Shown: positions 37,189 through 50,098, numbered from the whole stretch's first letter. The stretch: 63,245 bases of DNA, filler included, from Octopus bimaculoides (GCF_001194135.2; 5 parts of 5 records of this genome joined end to end with filler, not necessarily neighbours in it); one strand, 5' to 3'. The notes: a model not told the origin generated them from the sequence alone. Translations and numbers: made by a program.

Positions 37189-38014
37189 GTATGTATACAT
37201 ATGACAGGCTTGGAGGTGGTGATGATGCTGGCTGGTGCAATTTTGTGGTTTACTGATATGCCGAGAGAGATCTAGCTCTGTTTCTCATATTTTCTAAGTT
37301 CAGCTGCCTTTGCTCTTGACTCATGTCTTCTCAATTCTGTTGATCACTATCTCTCTTATTTTGAAAGTATTCTTCTCTTTGGTCCCGACTCATTTGTTTT
37401 GTCCTTTGCTGATTTCTTTCCCTCCTATTCGCTTATTTCGTTTCTTTTCTGTCTCACCTTCATGCAATTTTGATTCTTAATTTCCTCCCTCTGTTCCTTG
37501 TGTAACCATTCTCTCCTTCTACACTGATGCTCTCATGCTGTGTCCCTCATGCGATTATCCATATTTTATTAAAACAATAAATTTCCAAAATGAAAAAGAT
37601 ATACAAATATATTAGACAGTTTTTATTTAAAAGGCGAAAATATTTCTGAAACACTCTCCCAATATGCAAGGACACAGATGTTTTCTTGACCATAGGGAAG
37701 TAGCATTGTGTATTTATTTAACTTGATAGAAAATAATGTTCTCTCACTGAGGCACTTGTCTTCCAACATCTGTTTGGCCTTTAATTTTAGAGGGCTTCTT
37801 GTGATCCTTCAGTTGAGATTGATTCTCCTTGATTTACATTTTTTAAAGTTCACTAGCAATAGAAATAGGAAGGGGATTTTGGTTGTATATATTCTTGGTT
37901 TGCTGTATATTAAGCTTATGTAATCTCCGAAACAGAGTTACAGAAATCAAAGTCAGACTAAAAACCTGTCTTGATTCCCTAAAATTTATTTAGTATTTAA
38001 TATTTTATTTTCAG

Positions 38015-38127
38015 ATGAGTCATACTACAAATTGGCTTTGGAGACTCTTGAGGAACTTGACTGGTGTTTGGATCAACTCGAAACTATTCAGACACATCGA
38101 TCAGTTAGTGATATGGCATCAAGCAAA
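38015..38127 (+). CDS. PDE4: PDE4 (dunce-like cAMP phosphodiesterase) internal exon, N-terminal half of UCR2: (D)[37 protein letters not shown]
   Basis: The hallmark PDE4 UCR2 motif [15 protein letters not shown] is read directly. Acceptor tattttattttcag, donor AAA|gtaaat. 113 nt, phase 1 to phase 0, matching the vertebrate exon as I recall it. Confidence 0.97.
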
Positions 38128-38385
38128 GTAAATACATTTTTCCTTCAGTTCTTTTACTACTAACTCTTTGTAACTCTGGAGTTTTCATGAAATACATTAT
38201 CTGCATATTGTGTAATTATTATCTTTTACGCTTAATTAGTCTTTTGTAACACGAAACTTATTCCTATCCAGAATGAAGTATAAGTTTTGTTGAGATTGAT
38301 CTGAATTTGATCATTATTTATTTCCACTTCTGCCTAATCCATCCATGGCCATTGTTTACAAGTGAATATGACTGGGTAACATATA

Positions 38386-39421
38386 TGTAGTGAAACTACC
38401 TCTCTCATGGTTATTTATGTACAAATGCGAACGTAGCAGGAAACAACTCTTTCCCGCCTTGCTGTGTCATCACCTGACTGACTTTTATTTTCGCGGCATT
38501 TGCCTCCAGTCCGTTCGCGCCAGGATGCAAACCGACCAACCGTGGCCATCTAATAAGGTCATGTGAGAGAGTGTTTTCTGATGCTCTCTGGAGCCTATCT
38601 GTACCTATAAATAGCCTGCTTTAACCCGCGCCAATTTGTCGCGGCTTCAGATCTGCTAAGATCTGGTCGTAGACCACACACGTAACACAGCCAGCCAGTT
38701 TCCAGCGACCAGATCAACAGCATCATTCAACTACGTACTACCAGCATCGTCGCTAACGTCAACATGATTTCTCCACGTACACAAGAAACCGCAGCTTCTC
38801 TTCTCAACCCTGTTTGTGTGAATCGCCTCACCACGGAATTAACAGCCAGAACTCAACCTGCGAAGAACATCTGTATCAAGAATCCTGCCCGGCATCGAAG
38901 CCTCAACTGCACGACAAGTGACTTAGCTCTGCCTCAACCTTAACCTCTTATATACAGACCTACAATACAACTGTGTACCTTAACAGAACTGGTATCTTAT
39001 TATCCTGTGTTACAGACTCTTTCTATGCTTTGTATCTCTTGCATTCACATACATATATTTGTATACACACTCTTGTTTACATGACGGCCTGTCTTATATT
39101 GTGTTTTATTATGTCGCATTCACATGCACACAGACATACAGTTTAATGCTCCAATAAATCTTACTGTTATTCATCTTTATCGGTTGCGTTTCTATCTGTT
39201 CCTTGCTGGCAAACTTCTTAGTTCTCTTTGTTATAGTATTATAACATATATTCATATATTTTGTGTCGACCGTGCGACGCGTTAAAAAAGGAGCCTGTTT
39301 TCCATTCGTCACCATTTCTCCTTTGGTTCGCACGGTCGTTTCTACATATACCATGCTTTCACTTATTGTTTTAGGTTATTATGAAGTCGTGAGCAACCCT
39401 CCACCTTGATCCAGTGAGACA
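38386..39421 (+). mobile_element. Probable solo LTR inside the PDE4 UCR2 intron
   Basis: TGT...ACA termini, TATAAATA at 38606, AATAAA at 39153, and a CpG-rich block in CpG-poor surroundings. No clean TSD is visible. Confidence 0.55.
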
Positions 39422-41432
39422 TTAAAGTGTGATTTCTGGAGGGAGAGAGGGTCATAACAGTGCTGGTACTAATTTTCAGCTGAGTAGACTAAAGCAACAT
39501 GAAATGAAGTGCCTTGCACAATGACATAATGTATTGCCCAGTCTGGAATTGAACCCACTGTTTTTATGATCATAAGAGCAAATCCAAACTACTAAGCCAT
39601 GTGTCTCCACTACTTTTTTACTCCATATAAAATAGTTAGATAACTTTGTTGTCAGGATTATCTGTTGCTTTGTCTACGTTCTTTTAGATGAAGAATTAGG
39701 TTGAGCAATTCTGAAAAGTATTTCAGCATCAGCCAAAGAATACCATCTTGTTAACCCAGTCCAAACAAACAAAGACATCTTTGATCATAGATTTTCTTGA
39801 TGAAGGCTGTTCTGGGGCTAAATAACAATGATAGACTTATAAAAATACACTGGAAGAAAGTACCACTTTTCCAGATTACATCATTGTACAATCAGCCATT
39901 GCATGTCAGAATGTGTAATATAGACTTCAACAAGATAGAGGCATGACAAACCAGGAGCTACATCCAACTACATTTTTGCCACAGATTTGCCTGTTGAGGT
40001 TTAAACTGGTACTAGATAACAGCTTACATTTTTATTTACTAATATTTTTGTATATTCTTTGCTATAAAAGAATTTATATGCTAAAACTTGTCACTATTAA
40101 GGCGATAGACTTCACTAGGTCTGCATTAGAAAAATCCTGAAGTGCTGAAGGAAATGTGGTTTTAGGATTAATGCATCTATCAATCTTAAATAGTTTTGTA
40201 TTGGTGTCAAACATGCAATTAAAATTTAAGAGTGGTTTTATATGAATTAAGTGAAAAAATCACTGACTTGGGTTGATGAAACTGCTCTCAAAATTAACTG
40301 TCATAAAAATACCCAAAATACAAATCATATGTTGTATGGTGAATTCCAAGTCACAGAATACATTTTAATATATTAAAGAAAGGTTGAAATTGGGAAAAAA
40401 ATTTAGCATATCCCTTAAAAACAGTGAAGTTCTGAACCATGCGAAATGCTAAATTCATGAACTGAAACTGCTTAAGAAATTTTGAAACTGTAAGAAATTC
40501 TCTACGCACACCAAAATAACATTCTACAGTTTTAATGCATTCTCCTCAACATTCTACAAATATGAAACTTGTCAAATTATGACTATCAGAACAAAATACC
40601 TTAGAAAGATTTTGATCCTCATCAAAATGAAGAACTTTTGTATGAAATGGAGGAATCCAAAAATATCTCAAAACACTTAATTCACTATTCATATGCAAAC
40701 AATGCTTATATAGACTTGTAACTCACAAAATTTCCTCTAGACTTGACAATCTATTCCAACTGGGTCTCAAAGAGGTAATAATGTAAGTTGAAAAACTTCA
40801 GTCTGCTGAAATTAGTCAAAAGTTAGTACAGAAACTCCCTTTAGATGTATTTAAATTGCGAAAGCAAACAAGGGAGATAATTCTAATAAGTTTTTTTTTT
40901 TCTTTCTGGTTTTTGACAATATACACAGTATAGATTGGAGTGGACTTTGTCTATAAAGTTAACATGAAAGCAATTGACATGTTTCAGTAATATTTCACCT
41001 CCTTAGTGAAGTATATATTATTTAACTGGCAAAACTAAGAATGACTTTAATACTTGAATAGGAATAGAGGGAATGTAGGGCCACTGATAATGGACAGGTT
41101 TTTAGCAGACTAGAGAAGCAGGAAACTTCTAGAAATAATAGGAAAATACTAAATGACAGACTGAAACTGCAACATATCAAATACTTCCATTGCAATCGAT
41201 CTGATATATAAATGAATTTTGATATCTGTGTTAATAACAGTACTTATTTAGATATTTCTTTACATTTCTCACATACACACTCTCTCTTTCTCTCTGTATA
41301 TGCACATACACAGACTCAGACATATACACACACAAATGAATGTATGTATACACATTCTTGTCTTTTTTATTTTATATGTGTCTTAATCAAAACAAAAATC
41401 CAAATAGCACTATAATTGGTTTTGTGTTTCAG

Positions 41433-41526
41433 TTCAAACGGATGCTAAACAGGGAGCTTAGTCATTTTGCAGAGTCAAGTAAATCAGGGAATCAAATAGC
41501 AGAGTACATATGCAGTACATATCTTG
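41433..41526 (+). CDS. PDE4: PDE4 internal exon, C-terminal half of UCR2: [31 protein letters not shown](D)
   Basis: FKRMLNREL...SGNQ motif. Acceptor ttttgtgtttcag, donor G|gtaagt. 94 nt, phase 0 to phase 1, in frame with the 38015-38127 exon. Confidence 0.97.
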
Positions 41527-42349
41527 GTAAGTAATAGATTTCTTTGACTACACTTATATAATAATGGAATTAATGTTTCACATAGAAAACTTTTATCCAC
41601 AGGTGTGCAGTGAAATTAATATTTATTATACCTGTGTTCTACAAGCTTCAAAGGCCTAGTAACTACAGGTCTAAAGTCTAAAGGCTTAAAAGACCACATA
41701 CAGAATACCAAGTTGTTATTATCAACAGAGATCAACAAAATCCTGACGTTTTAGTGAAGCGCTCATGTTCAAGTGGTAAGAAAAGGTATTCAGTGGCAGG
41801 ATGGAGACATAAATGAAGCACTGGAATATCTGGCAGATTAAAAATGAATAAAACTTTGGTTTTTATTAATACAAAATGGTTAGCTCATACAACTTGCTAG
41901 ATGTAGTTAATAGTTTCTGCAATCAGATTATTTAAAAGCAGTTACAATGATGGTATTACAGTTAGAGTAAGAAATAGTTGCAAGAAGCATTTGTAAGAAG
42001 TCTGATGTATGTTGATGAAATATAAGTATATAATGTTGGTGATTGCTCTTAAGAAGGATTTGGAAATATTCTGTTAACTGATCGATGTTAGCTTGCATGA
42101 AAGATGGTTTGCATGTGAGATAATGAAATAAGTGAGCATTAAAGAAATTAGCTAATGTTTGCAAGAGTCATAATAGTACTGGTATAGACAAGTGTTGTGT
42201 ATGCATAATATTTGTTTCATAAACAAGAATTATGTAATAAAGATAACTGGTATTTATAGTACAAGATGGCAAAGAATGATATGGATGGAAAAAAAATGCT
42301 AAGATTAGATCTTACCTCATAGATAAGCTGAGATGACTGGGAATACGGT

Positions 42350-43743
42350 TAATGGTGGCTTTATCTCATATCTGAGTATTTATTTTCTTTTTTGCTGAAT
42401 GCTTCCTTTATGGTGATACTGTTGATGACTCTGTGGACCAATTCGTGCATAGAAGAGTCGATGGCATTAATTGTATGGCAATGTTGGTGGAGGACAAGGT
42501 TGATTTTGTCAAGCCTTTCTCTCCTATCATTTGATTTCTTCCTTTTCTCTTCTGGTGGTTTCACAGTTTTTGGTTCCAATAGTAATGGAACACCACCACT
42601 TGGTACAGTCTTGGACTTGTGTTTCAAACAATTTGGGCTCAATTCCAGTGGCTTTTAGTGTCGCTTTGAGTTGGTCCTTGTATCTTCGAAGAGGACAACC
42701 CCATGGTCTTCTTCCAGAAATGAGCTCACTGAATAAAACTTGACTCATCCATTCTTGTTACATGTCCTGACCATCGAAGATGGTGTCTCATGATCAGTGA
42801 TTTGATACTTTGACTGTTGGCTTTTTCCAGGATTTTATTGTTAATCACATAATGTCCCCATTTGATGCTCAAGACTGAATGAAGCTTTTGTTGCTGAAAG
42901 CATTCTAATTTTTGGATGTTGCAATTTAGAGTCCAGGTTTCACATCCATATAGCAAGGTTGAGACAACAACAGCATTATAAACTATAATTTTCTTTGCTA
43001 AGTTAGGATCTTTATTGTTGAAGACACATTTTTTTAACTTTCCAAATACCCCATGTATAGCTCCAATTATGTGTTCCTTTTCTGAGGTGCACTTATTTGA
43101 TAAAAAGCTGCCTATGCTCTACTTTTTCAAGAGATGTAACCGAGTTGGTAACATCAAAATCTTGTATGATGGTATTTGGGGCTGGTTGTGCAAGGACCTT
43201 GGCTTTCTTGATGTTTACTGTAAGACCAAAGCAATGGGAAAGGCTATAGCACAATTGTTTTGAGAGACTGTTGGAGTTCTTCTTTTGAATGACAGAGGGC
43301 AGCATTATCATCATCATATTGAAGTTTTGAGATGTGTTGCATGTGTGTCAGATGTTTAGACTGAAATCTACTAAGATTAAAAAGTCTTACATCATATTGA
43401 TATCTGATGTCAACTCCTGGAATGTCTGCAGTAACCTCATGAAGCATTGCAAGCCAGATAGAAGGAGAATAGCATAGGTGCCAAGACATATCTTTGTTTT
43501 AGTCTGCAAGTGAATGGAAGTTCTTCTGACAGCAAGTTTTGGTGGAATACACATCCAGACATATTGTCATGCATTGCTTGAACCAGAAAGATAAAGTTAT
43601 CAGGACATCCAAAACGATGAAGAACCTTCCACATAGCAATTCTTGAAATGCTATCAAAGGTCTTTTCCAACTCAGAAAACAAGAAAATGAGTTTTTGTTG
43701 TTTTCTCTTGGAGTTTTCTTGCACAGAAAATCATGTTATGTCA
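42350..43743 (-). mobile_element. 5'-truncated RTE-clade LINE relic
   Basis: Broken ORFs read ELEKTFDSISR..MWKVL..FGCP, LKQRYVLAPMLFS, YDDD, LYGCETWTL, HLRWSGHVTRM, GRRPWGCPLRRYKDQLK. Flanked by a 21-bp direct repeat TGAGATGACTGGGAATA(C/T)GGT at 42329-42349 and 43744-43764. Confidence 0.88.
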
Positions 43744-44979
43744 TGAGATGACTGGGAATATGGTAAATTGCAAACATATCAATAATGGTGGTTACTGAAC
43801 GATAATGATGGGTGATATATGATCTTGAATGATAATGTTGGGGTATATGTGAACATCTAGATGAAAATAAAGAATCAGACTATTTGTCTACTCAAAGATT
43901 TCATGTGGATGAATAATCAGACATTTCAGGCTTTCTTGGAAACTAGAATAAGATAACTTTGCTTGGAGTAGTGGGCAATTGAAATAGCATAGTATAGAAT
44001 TTATTCGGGCACACTAAATTCATATTTTGATTCAGAATTATATTTTATTTGTATTTTTGTATCGTATGTCATCATCATCATTATCATTATTTTCATGCCC
44101 ACCTTTTTTCCTTACTGGCATAGATTGGACAAGACCTCTTGAAGAAGTATTCTATGATCAGCTGCCCATCTTGTGTCAAACCTTGTTTTCAACTAATGCA
44201 CTTTATTCCATTGATCTTTGCTTCCAAGCTATAGAATATATTGTCTTGATTAAACATAAACAAATGATTTACTGCACAGTGTATATGTGTATGTCATGAT
44301 CATCATCATTGTTGTCATTATTGTTGTCATCATCGTCATCGTCATTTATCCACTTCTCATTCTGCCATAGATTAAATGGTTCAACTGGATCCAATGGACT
44401 AAGTCTTACTCCATTGTCTCAGTTTTGACATGATTTTTATAGCTGGGCTTTGATGTCTTTTCTAACACCAACTGACTACAGTATGTACTAGGTGCATTTT
44501 TTTCTTGGAACCAGCTCTGTGGAGATTATCTTTCTTTCAGCAAGAGTAAGGAACCTTCTCAAACTCTGCATTGTCACTGCTTGATTCCATTTACCAACCA
44601 CTTACAGAGTGTACTGGATGCTTTATTTTCATGGCATTAGAACTTATGGGATGTCGTGTAGCTAATTTGGTGTAAGAGAATCTTCTTAGAGTAAAAGAGT
44701 AATAGTTGAAATATGAAAGAAGAAACAGATTTTCTGTTGGGAGATGATAGGTGAGGAAGAGAAAATTAGTGTCTGGGGGTGGGTAGTGAGAGATATTCAG
44801 AATGATAAGGATGGTGGGACAGGTTGAGCAGAAAGAGATGCAATACTACCCAAAATTTGGCAAATTTGAGGAAGTACACTCATACTCGTTTCACTAAAAA
44901 AAAAACTCAGATTTTTTTTGCATGGAAGCAAGTATCCCTACCACCTAATGTGCTGCAAACCCCTTATTTTTGTTCAGAA

Positions 44980-45570
44980 AAAAGGGTAGGGGGTACCGCC
45001 CCTCCCGGAATCATTGGAATTTTTCTTTTTCATTGAATGAATTTCGATGACCTCCTAATATGCCACAAAACACGTTTTTTTTGTCCAGAAAATGGGGTGG
45101 GGATAATTCTCAGAAATTTCATCCCTCTCCTTCTTGGAATCATTGGAAAATGCTTGTTTTCTTTTCATCGAATGAATTACAGTGGCCTCTTAATATGCCA
45201 CAAAACATATTTTTGTCCAGAAAATGGAGGTTAGGGTGGGGTGGAGGCCTCGGAAATTTCACTCCAACATTTTACAGAAATATGTTTTTGAGAGTGTGGA
45301 TTACATGGTTTCATTATTAAATATATATTTACTAGTTGATACTATATGAATTATTATGTTAACATTTATATTTTGTGTATTTTATGCTAAAAATATTTTT
45401 TACAAAGCCGTAGTCTATGAAATGTGATTGTGTATGTATATATATATATATGGTTTGTTATTAAATACATATTTACTAATTGTTACTATCAATAATATTA
45501 ATATGTTTACATTTATATTGTGTGTATTTGTATTTTATGCTAAAAATGATTTTTCTGAAGTCATAGTCTA
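44980..45570. repeat. Two adjacent local duplications (~115 bp and ~150 bp)
   Basis: ggaatcattggaa...taatatgccacaaaaca..gtccagaaaatgg occurs twice; atatatttacta...ttttatgctaaaaat..gtctat occurs twice. Confidence 0.7.
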
Positions 45571-45725
45571 TAAAATGTGTGTGTGTATGCATATATATAT
45601 ATATATGTATATATATATCTATATANNNNNNNNNNNNNNNNNNNNNNNNNNNNNNNNNNNNNNNNNNNNTTAATTAATTAANNNNNNNNNNNNNNNNNNN
45701 NNNNNNNNNNNNNNNNNNNNNNNNN

Positions 45726-45822
45726 TCTCTCTCTTCCTTGCCCCGTCTCTCTCTCTCTTCCTTGCCCCGTCTCTCTCTCTCTTCCTTGCCCCGTCTCTCT
45801 CTCTTCCTTGCCCCGTCTCTCT
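45726..45822. repeat. (CT)n-cttccttgccccgt minisatellite, four copies
   Basis: Direct inspection. Confidence 0.85.
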
Positions 45823-46537
45823 ATTTAATACCCATACTTTGATAACCAGGCATCATTTTAGTTCATACAGTCTACTTTCTATTTGGAGAAATAATTCCTT
45901 TATTCCATTTCTCCAACTGTTCTTTGTCTAAACTCAATTGTTGTTACATATTTTCACTGCTTCAATTACTTTAACATATTTTCTGTCATACAAGTCAGAA
46001 TAGTATACAGTGTAAACATGAACGCATCATCACTATCTTTTCTAATCCTGCTATATTCTATATGGAACTTTTGGTTCCCAAAAGTTGTCTTGGCGTTTAA
46101 GTCAACCTACCATTTTTCTAGCTGTATATTCTTCTATACCAGAAAATAAGGTATACATTTCTTTGTCAAAAATGTGCCTATTCCAGTAATGTAACCCCAA
46201 CCCCTGAAGAATGTGCAGTTATGTTTCTTGCCCATAAGGAACCTGACTGGGGGCTTCCTCCTATCTTATCTCTTGTACACAACATACTTTTATGAGTCTT
46301 CACTCTAGTATTTCAACATTCTCCCCTGTTCTACGTTTCACTATAATGGTGATAGATGGTTGCAGTGATAGGTAGGTTGTTTGATGTCTTGCTGGACCTA
46401 TGAGATATAATCATCATTATTTTAATATCCACTTTTTCATCCCTGTATGAGTTGGTTGGAGCTTATTGAGGTAGATTTTCTATGGTTGGATGCACCTTCT
46501 GTTTTCACCGTATCTGTCTCCAAGCAAGGTTATACAG

Positions 46538-46960
46538 ACCCACGACAAGCACACACACAGACCCACGACAAGCACACACACACACGCACACACATGCCCA
46601 CGACAAGCACACACAAACCTACGACAAGCACACCCACACCCACGACAAGCACACACACTCATGACAAGCACGCACACACACCCACACAACAAACACCTAC
46701 CCACACTCACACACACACCCACAACAAACACACACAAAATACACGCACCCACAACACCCACCCGCACACGCTCATCCGCATACCCTTAACCACACATCCC
46801 CACAACACATGACCACACATTCCCACAAGACATACACCTACATCCACACACTCCCACAACACACACTCTTACAACGCACACCCACAATGCACACACCCAC
46901 AGCATACTCACAACACACTCAACACACACACACTCAACACACACACACAGGCACTCATGC
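46538..46960. repeat. cccacgacaagcacacac minisatellite decaying into (CA)-rich sequence
   Basis: acgacaagcacac occurs at least five times. Confidence 0.8.
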
Positions 46961-47130
46961 ACATACAATGAGCTTTTTCAGTTTCCATCTACCAAATCCA
47001 CTGACAAAGTTTCGACTGGCCCAGCGCTCTAGTAGACTCCACTTACTAGCCCAAGATGTCTTGCTGTGGGACTAAACTTGAAACCTTGTGATTACGTGGT
47101 TATGAAGCAAACTTCTTAATCACTCAGCCA
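46960..47130 (-). mobile_element. Family B SINE head
   Basis: ttcagtttccatctaccaaatccact...gggactaaac...gaagcaaacttcttaatcac. Confidence 0.7.
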
Positions 47131-48391
47131 CTACGATAAAAGTGACTTAGTTCAGTTAGCTAGCAAAAGGTCAGCAAATCACAGGGGAATCAGCTATTTC
47201 AGTATCTAGACTCACTTTTGTATGCTTCACTGTTGTAGACGTCTCTGACCAGTGGCATACATAGACATTTAGCAGATCAAAGAAATGAACAGAAAGTAGA
47301 ACATAGTTGTGACATTTATACTCTGTGTATGAGTGTGCTTATATGTACAGATATATGTGACTAAACCAAACTGAAATTTATTCCCACTGTTCACTTGACC
47401 AAAATAAAACATATACTATTAAGATAGTTATCATTGCCCAGGACATAATGACTCATTGAGTAATTGGTTACAAAAAAAATCCTGATAATCCTGCATAAAT
47501 ATTTAATTCTTGATGCAATGTTTATATCATTTGTAACAGATAAACATTTTATTTTAAATTCTTAAAATTTTATTTGCATTTTAATGACCCACTATAAAAT
47601 TAGATAACAAACACAGCCACACATATCAACAAATAGTTTACGGTTACTTTACAGTCATGGAGTCTGAGATTTAATTTTGCTGCTTAGTATCTTGAATAAA
47701 TATCTTGGACAGAATCAGTGTAGAAGCCTGTTGGATAACCTTATCACACTGTGCTATGTAGATTGTACTTGAGAATTATGTTAATGGTACATGTGTGTTA
47801 TGGAATATTCAACCACTTTGCATGTCAATTCAACAAGAAGATCGTTCATTCGACCAAACAACTAGATGCTCATACTTTGTACAATATATATATATGTATA
47901 TTATATAGTGAAAACTGCTTTTTGTTAGCACTTAAGGATGAAGCTTTTTTGGTAAATGTGACTGATAACAATTGTTTTAAAAACATAGAAGTAATCATTT
48001 CATATAGACAGACAGACAGATATCATGTATCTCACATGTCTTTTTTTTTTTTCATGGATATGTGTCTGTTTTCATCTGTTTTGTCTGTATATGTGATAGC
48101 TCTTGTCTATATATGTTTGAGTTTCAAATGCATTTGGCTGCGTGTACATGTTTTATCCTGTTATTTCATTTATGCCAGTTGAGAGAATTTACTTTCCTGC
48201 ATTGATAAAATAAGGAATAAAATTCTTCTGTTTTGAGGATTCCAGAGACCAGAAATATACTGAAAGTGATTTAGGCAAAAAGGCTTTTATTTAATGCTCA
48301 ATAGTTGAAGTATTTCTAAGATACGATGGATTGTTTTTCCAAAATCCCACTGAGCATTTTGTCCAGCATGCTAACAATTCCATCAGCTCAC

Positions 48392-48442
<51 letters not shown>

Positions 48443-48670
48443 TTTATTTAAAAGCAGCTACTCTACCTCTGGTATTTGAGTACTATTTTTTCCACCTTGT
48501 TGCACATTTATGTGCTTACTCTGGTATATATATATATACATATACACATACGCGCACACACACACACCCATGCGAGCTTGGAAGGCAGATGTTAAATGAT
48601 GATATATATATATATACACACACACATATTTTAAATGATATCTAATATTTGTTGTTTTTTCTATTTTCAG

Positions 48671-48830
48671 TTGGTGGTTCATGGAGTTCACAGTTATTGG
48701 TGTTGTGGTCATCATGTTTGTGCTGGGAACACTGTTTCTTGTCATTGCTCACCTCTCATCTGATCCCACTAATCGATATGTGTTCAATACATCCAAGAAG
48801 AACATGTGCGCCAGAGGACTCAATGTCTTT
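48671..48830 (+). CDS. Candidate 160-nt exon of unknown role; one open frame encodes a transmembrane-like segment (WWFMEFTVIGVVVIMFVLGTLFLVIAHLSSDPTNRYVFNTSKKNMCARGLNVF)
   Basis: Branch-like tctaat, long pyrimidine tract and ttttcag acceptor, gtaagt donor. Non-repetitive sequence with two of three frames open. No homology recognised. Confidence 0.5.
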
Positions 48831-48984
48831 GTAAGTTATCTTAATTACATTTTAATACTTGCCTAATTATTTCTTTTTAATCAACTAGACTGTCAGTTAT
48901 AAATTTGAAGTCATGCTACCAGTTTCCCCTCTTCAGCTGAATGACCCTAACTTTGCAGGCTTGTGGGTGCTGATCCCACATAAA

Positions 48985-49175
48985 ATCACCCATCCCAGTG
49001 CTTGTAAAAGCACCCTGTACACTCTGTAGAGTGGTTGGCATTAGGAAGGGCATCCAGCCATAGAAACCATTCCAAAACAGACATGGAATCCAGGCAGCTC
49101 TTCAGCTGGCCAGCTCTTCTCAAACCATCCAACCTATTCCACCATAGAGAACAGACCTTGAATGATGATAATGCT
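48985..49175 (+). mobile_element. RTE-tail repeat fragment
   Basis: aaagcaccc..tacactct..gagtggttggcattaggaagggcatccagc...gaatgatgat. Confidence 0.7.
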
Positions 49176-49199
49176 ACCAATCTGACAAGTTAAATAGTT

Positions 49200-49345
49200 T
49201 GTCATGGCTATGTGGTTAAAAAATTTCCTTCCCAATTACATGACTCTGGGTTCAATCTCACTGCATGACACCTTGGGTAAATGTCTTCTATTATAACCTA
49301 GGTCAGACTAATATCTTGTGAGTGGAATATCATAGACAGAAATTG
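49200..49345 (+). mobile_element. Family B SINE head
   Basis: catggctatgtggttaa...gggttcaatctcactgcatgacaccttgggtaaatgtcttcta. Confidence 0.7.
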
Positions 49346-49374
49346 TGTGGAAGTTGGCTTTATATATATTTTAT

Positions 49375-49745
49375 CTTTTACTTCTTTCAGTCATTAGACT
49401 GCAGCGATGCTGGAGCACTGCCTTGTAGAATTTTAGTTGAATGAATCAACCCTTGTACTTTATTATTTTTTTTGTAAAGCCTGGTATTTTATTTTATCAA
49501 TCTCTTTTGCTAAACTGCTACATTACAGGGATGTAAACACACCTACAGTGGTAGGGAAAGCACACGCACACACACGCATATATGCACACAATGAGCTTCT
49601 GTTTCCATCTACCAAATCCACTCACAAGGCTTTGGTCAGCCCAAAGCTGTTGTAGATGACACTTGCCCAAGGTGCCACGCAGTGGGACTGAACCTGGAAC
49701 AATGTGTTTGGGAGCAAATTTCCAACTACACAACCACATCTGTGC
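49375..49745 (-). mobile_element. Family B SINE, near full length
   Basis: 3' half, then (CA) microsatellite, then head (ctaccaaatccactcacaaggctttgg...cccaaggtgccacgcagtgggactgaacc). Confidence 0.8.
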
Positions 49746-49884
49746 CTACATCACCATAATTGTGATCTTCATCATTATTGTTTGGCATCTGTTTCTCATG
49801 CTGGCATGGTTGGGTGGTTCCCATGCTGGTATGGTTTCTGCATTTCTTGTTGGGCCAATTGATTTGGTGCAAATTGATACCAGG

Positions 49885-50098
49885 TTGCCAGTACCACCTG
49901 ACTGGCCTTCGTGCCGGTGACACATAAAAGCACCCACTACACTCTCGGAGTGGTTGGCGTTAGGAAGAGCAGCCAGCCATAGAAACTCTGCCAAATCAGA
50001 TTGGAGCCTGGTGTAACCATCTGGCTCACCAGTCCTCAGTCAAATTGTCCAACCCATGCTAGCATGGAAAGCGGACTTTAAACGATGATGATGATGAT
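49885..50098 (+). mobile_element. RTE-tail repeat fragment with one 3' UTR unit
   Basis: ctgactggccttcgtgccggtgacacataaaagcacccactacactctcggagtggttggcg...catgctagcatggaaagcggactttaaacgatgatgatgat. Confidence 0.75.
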
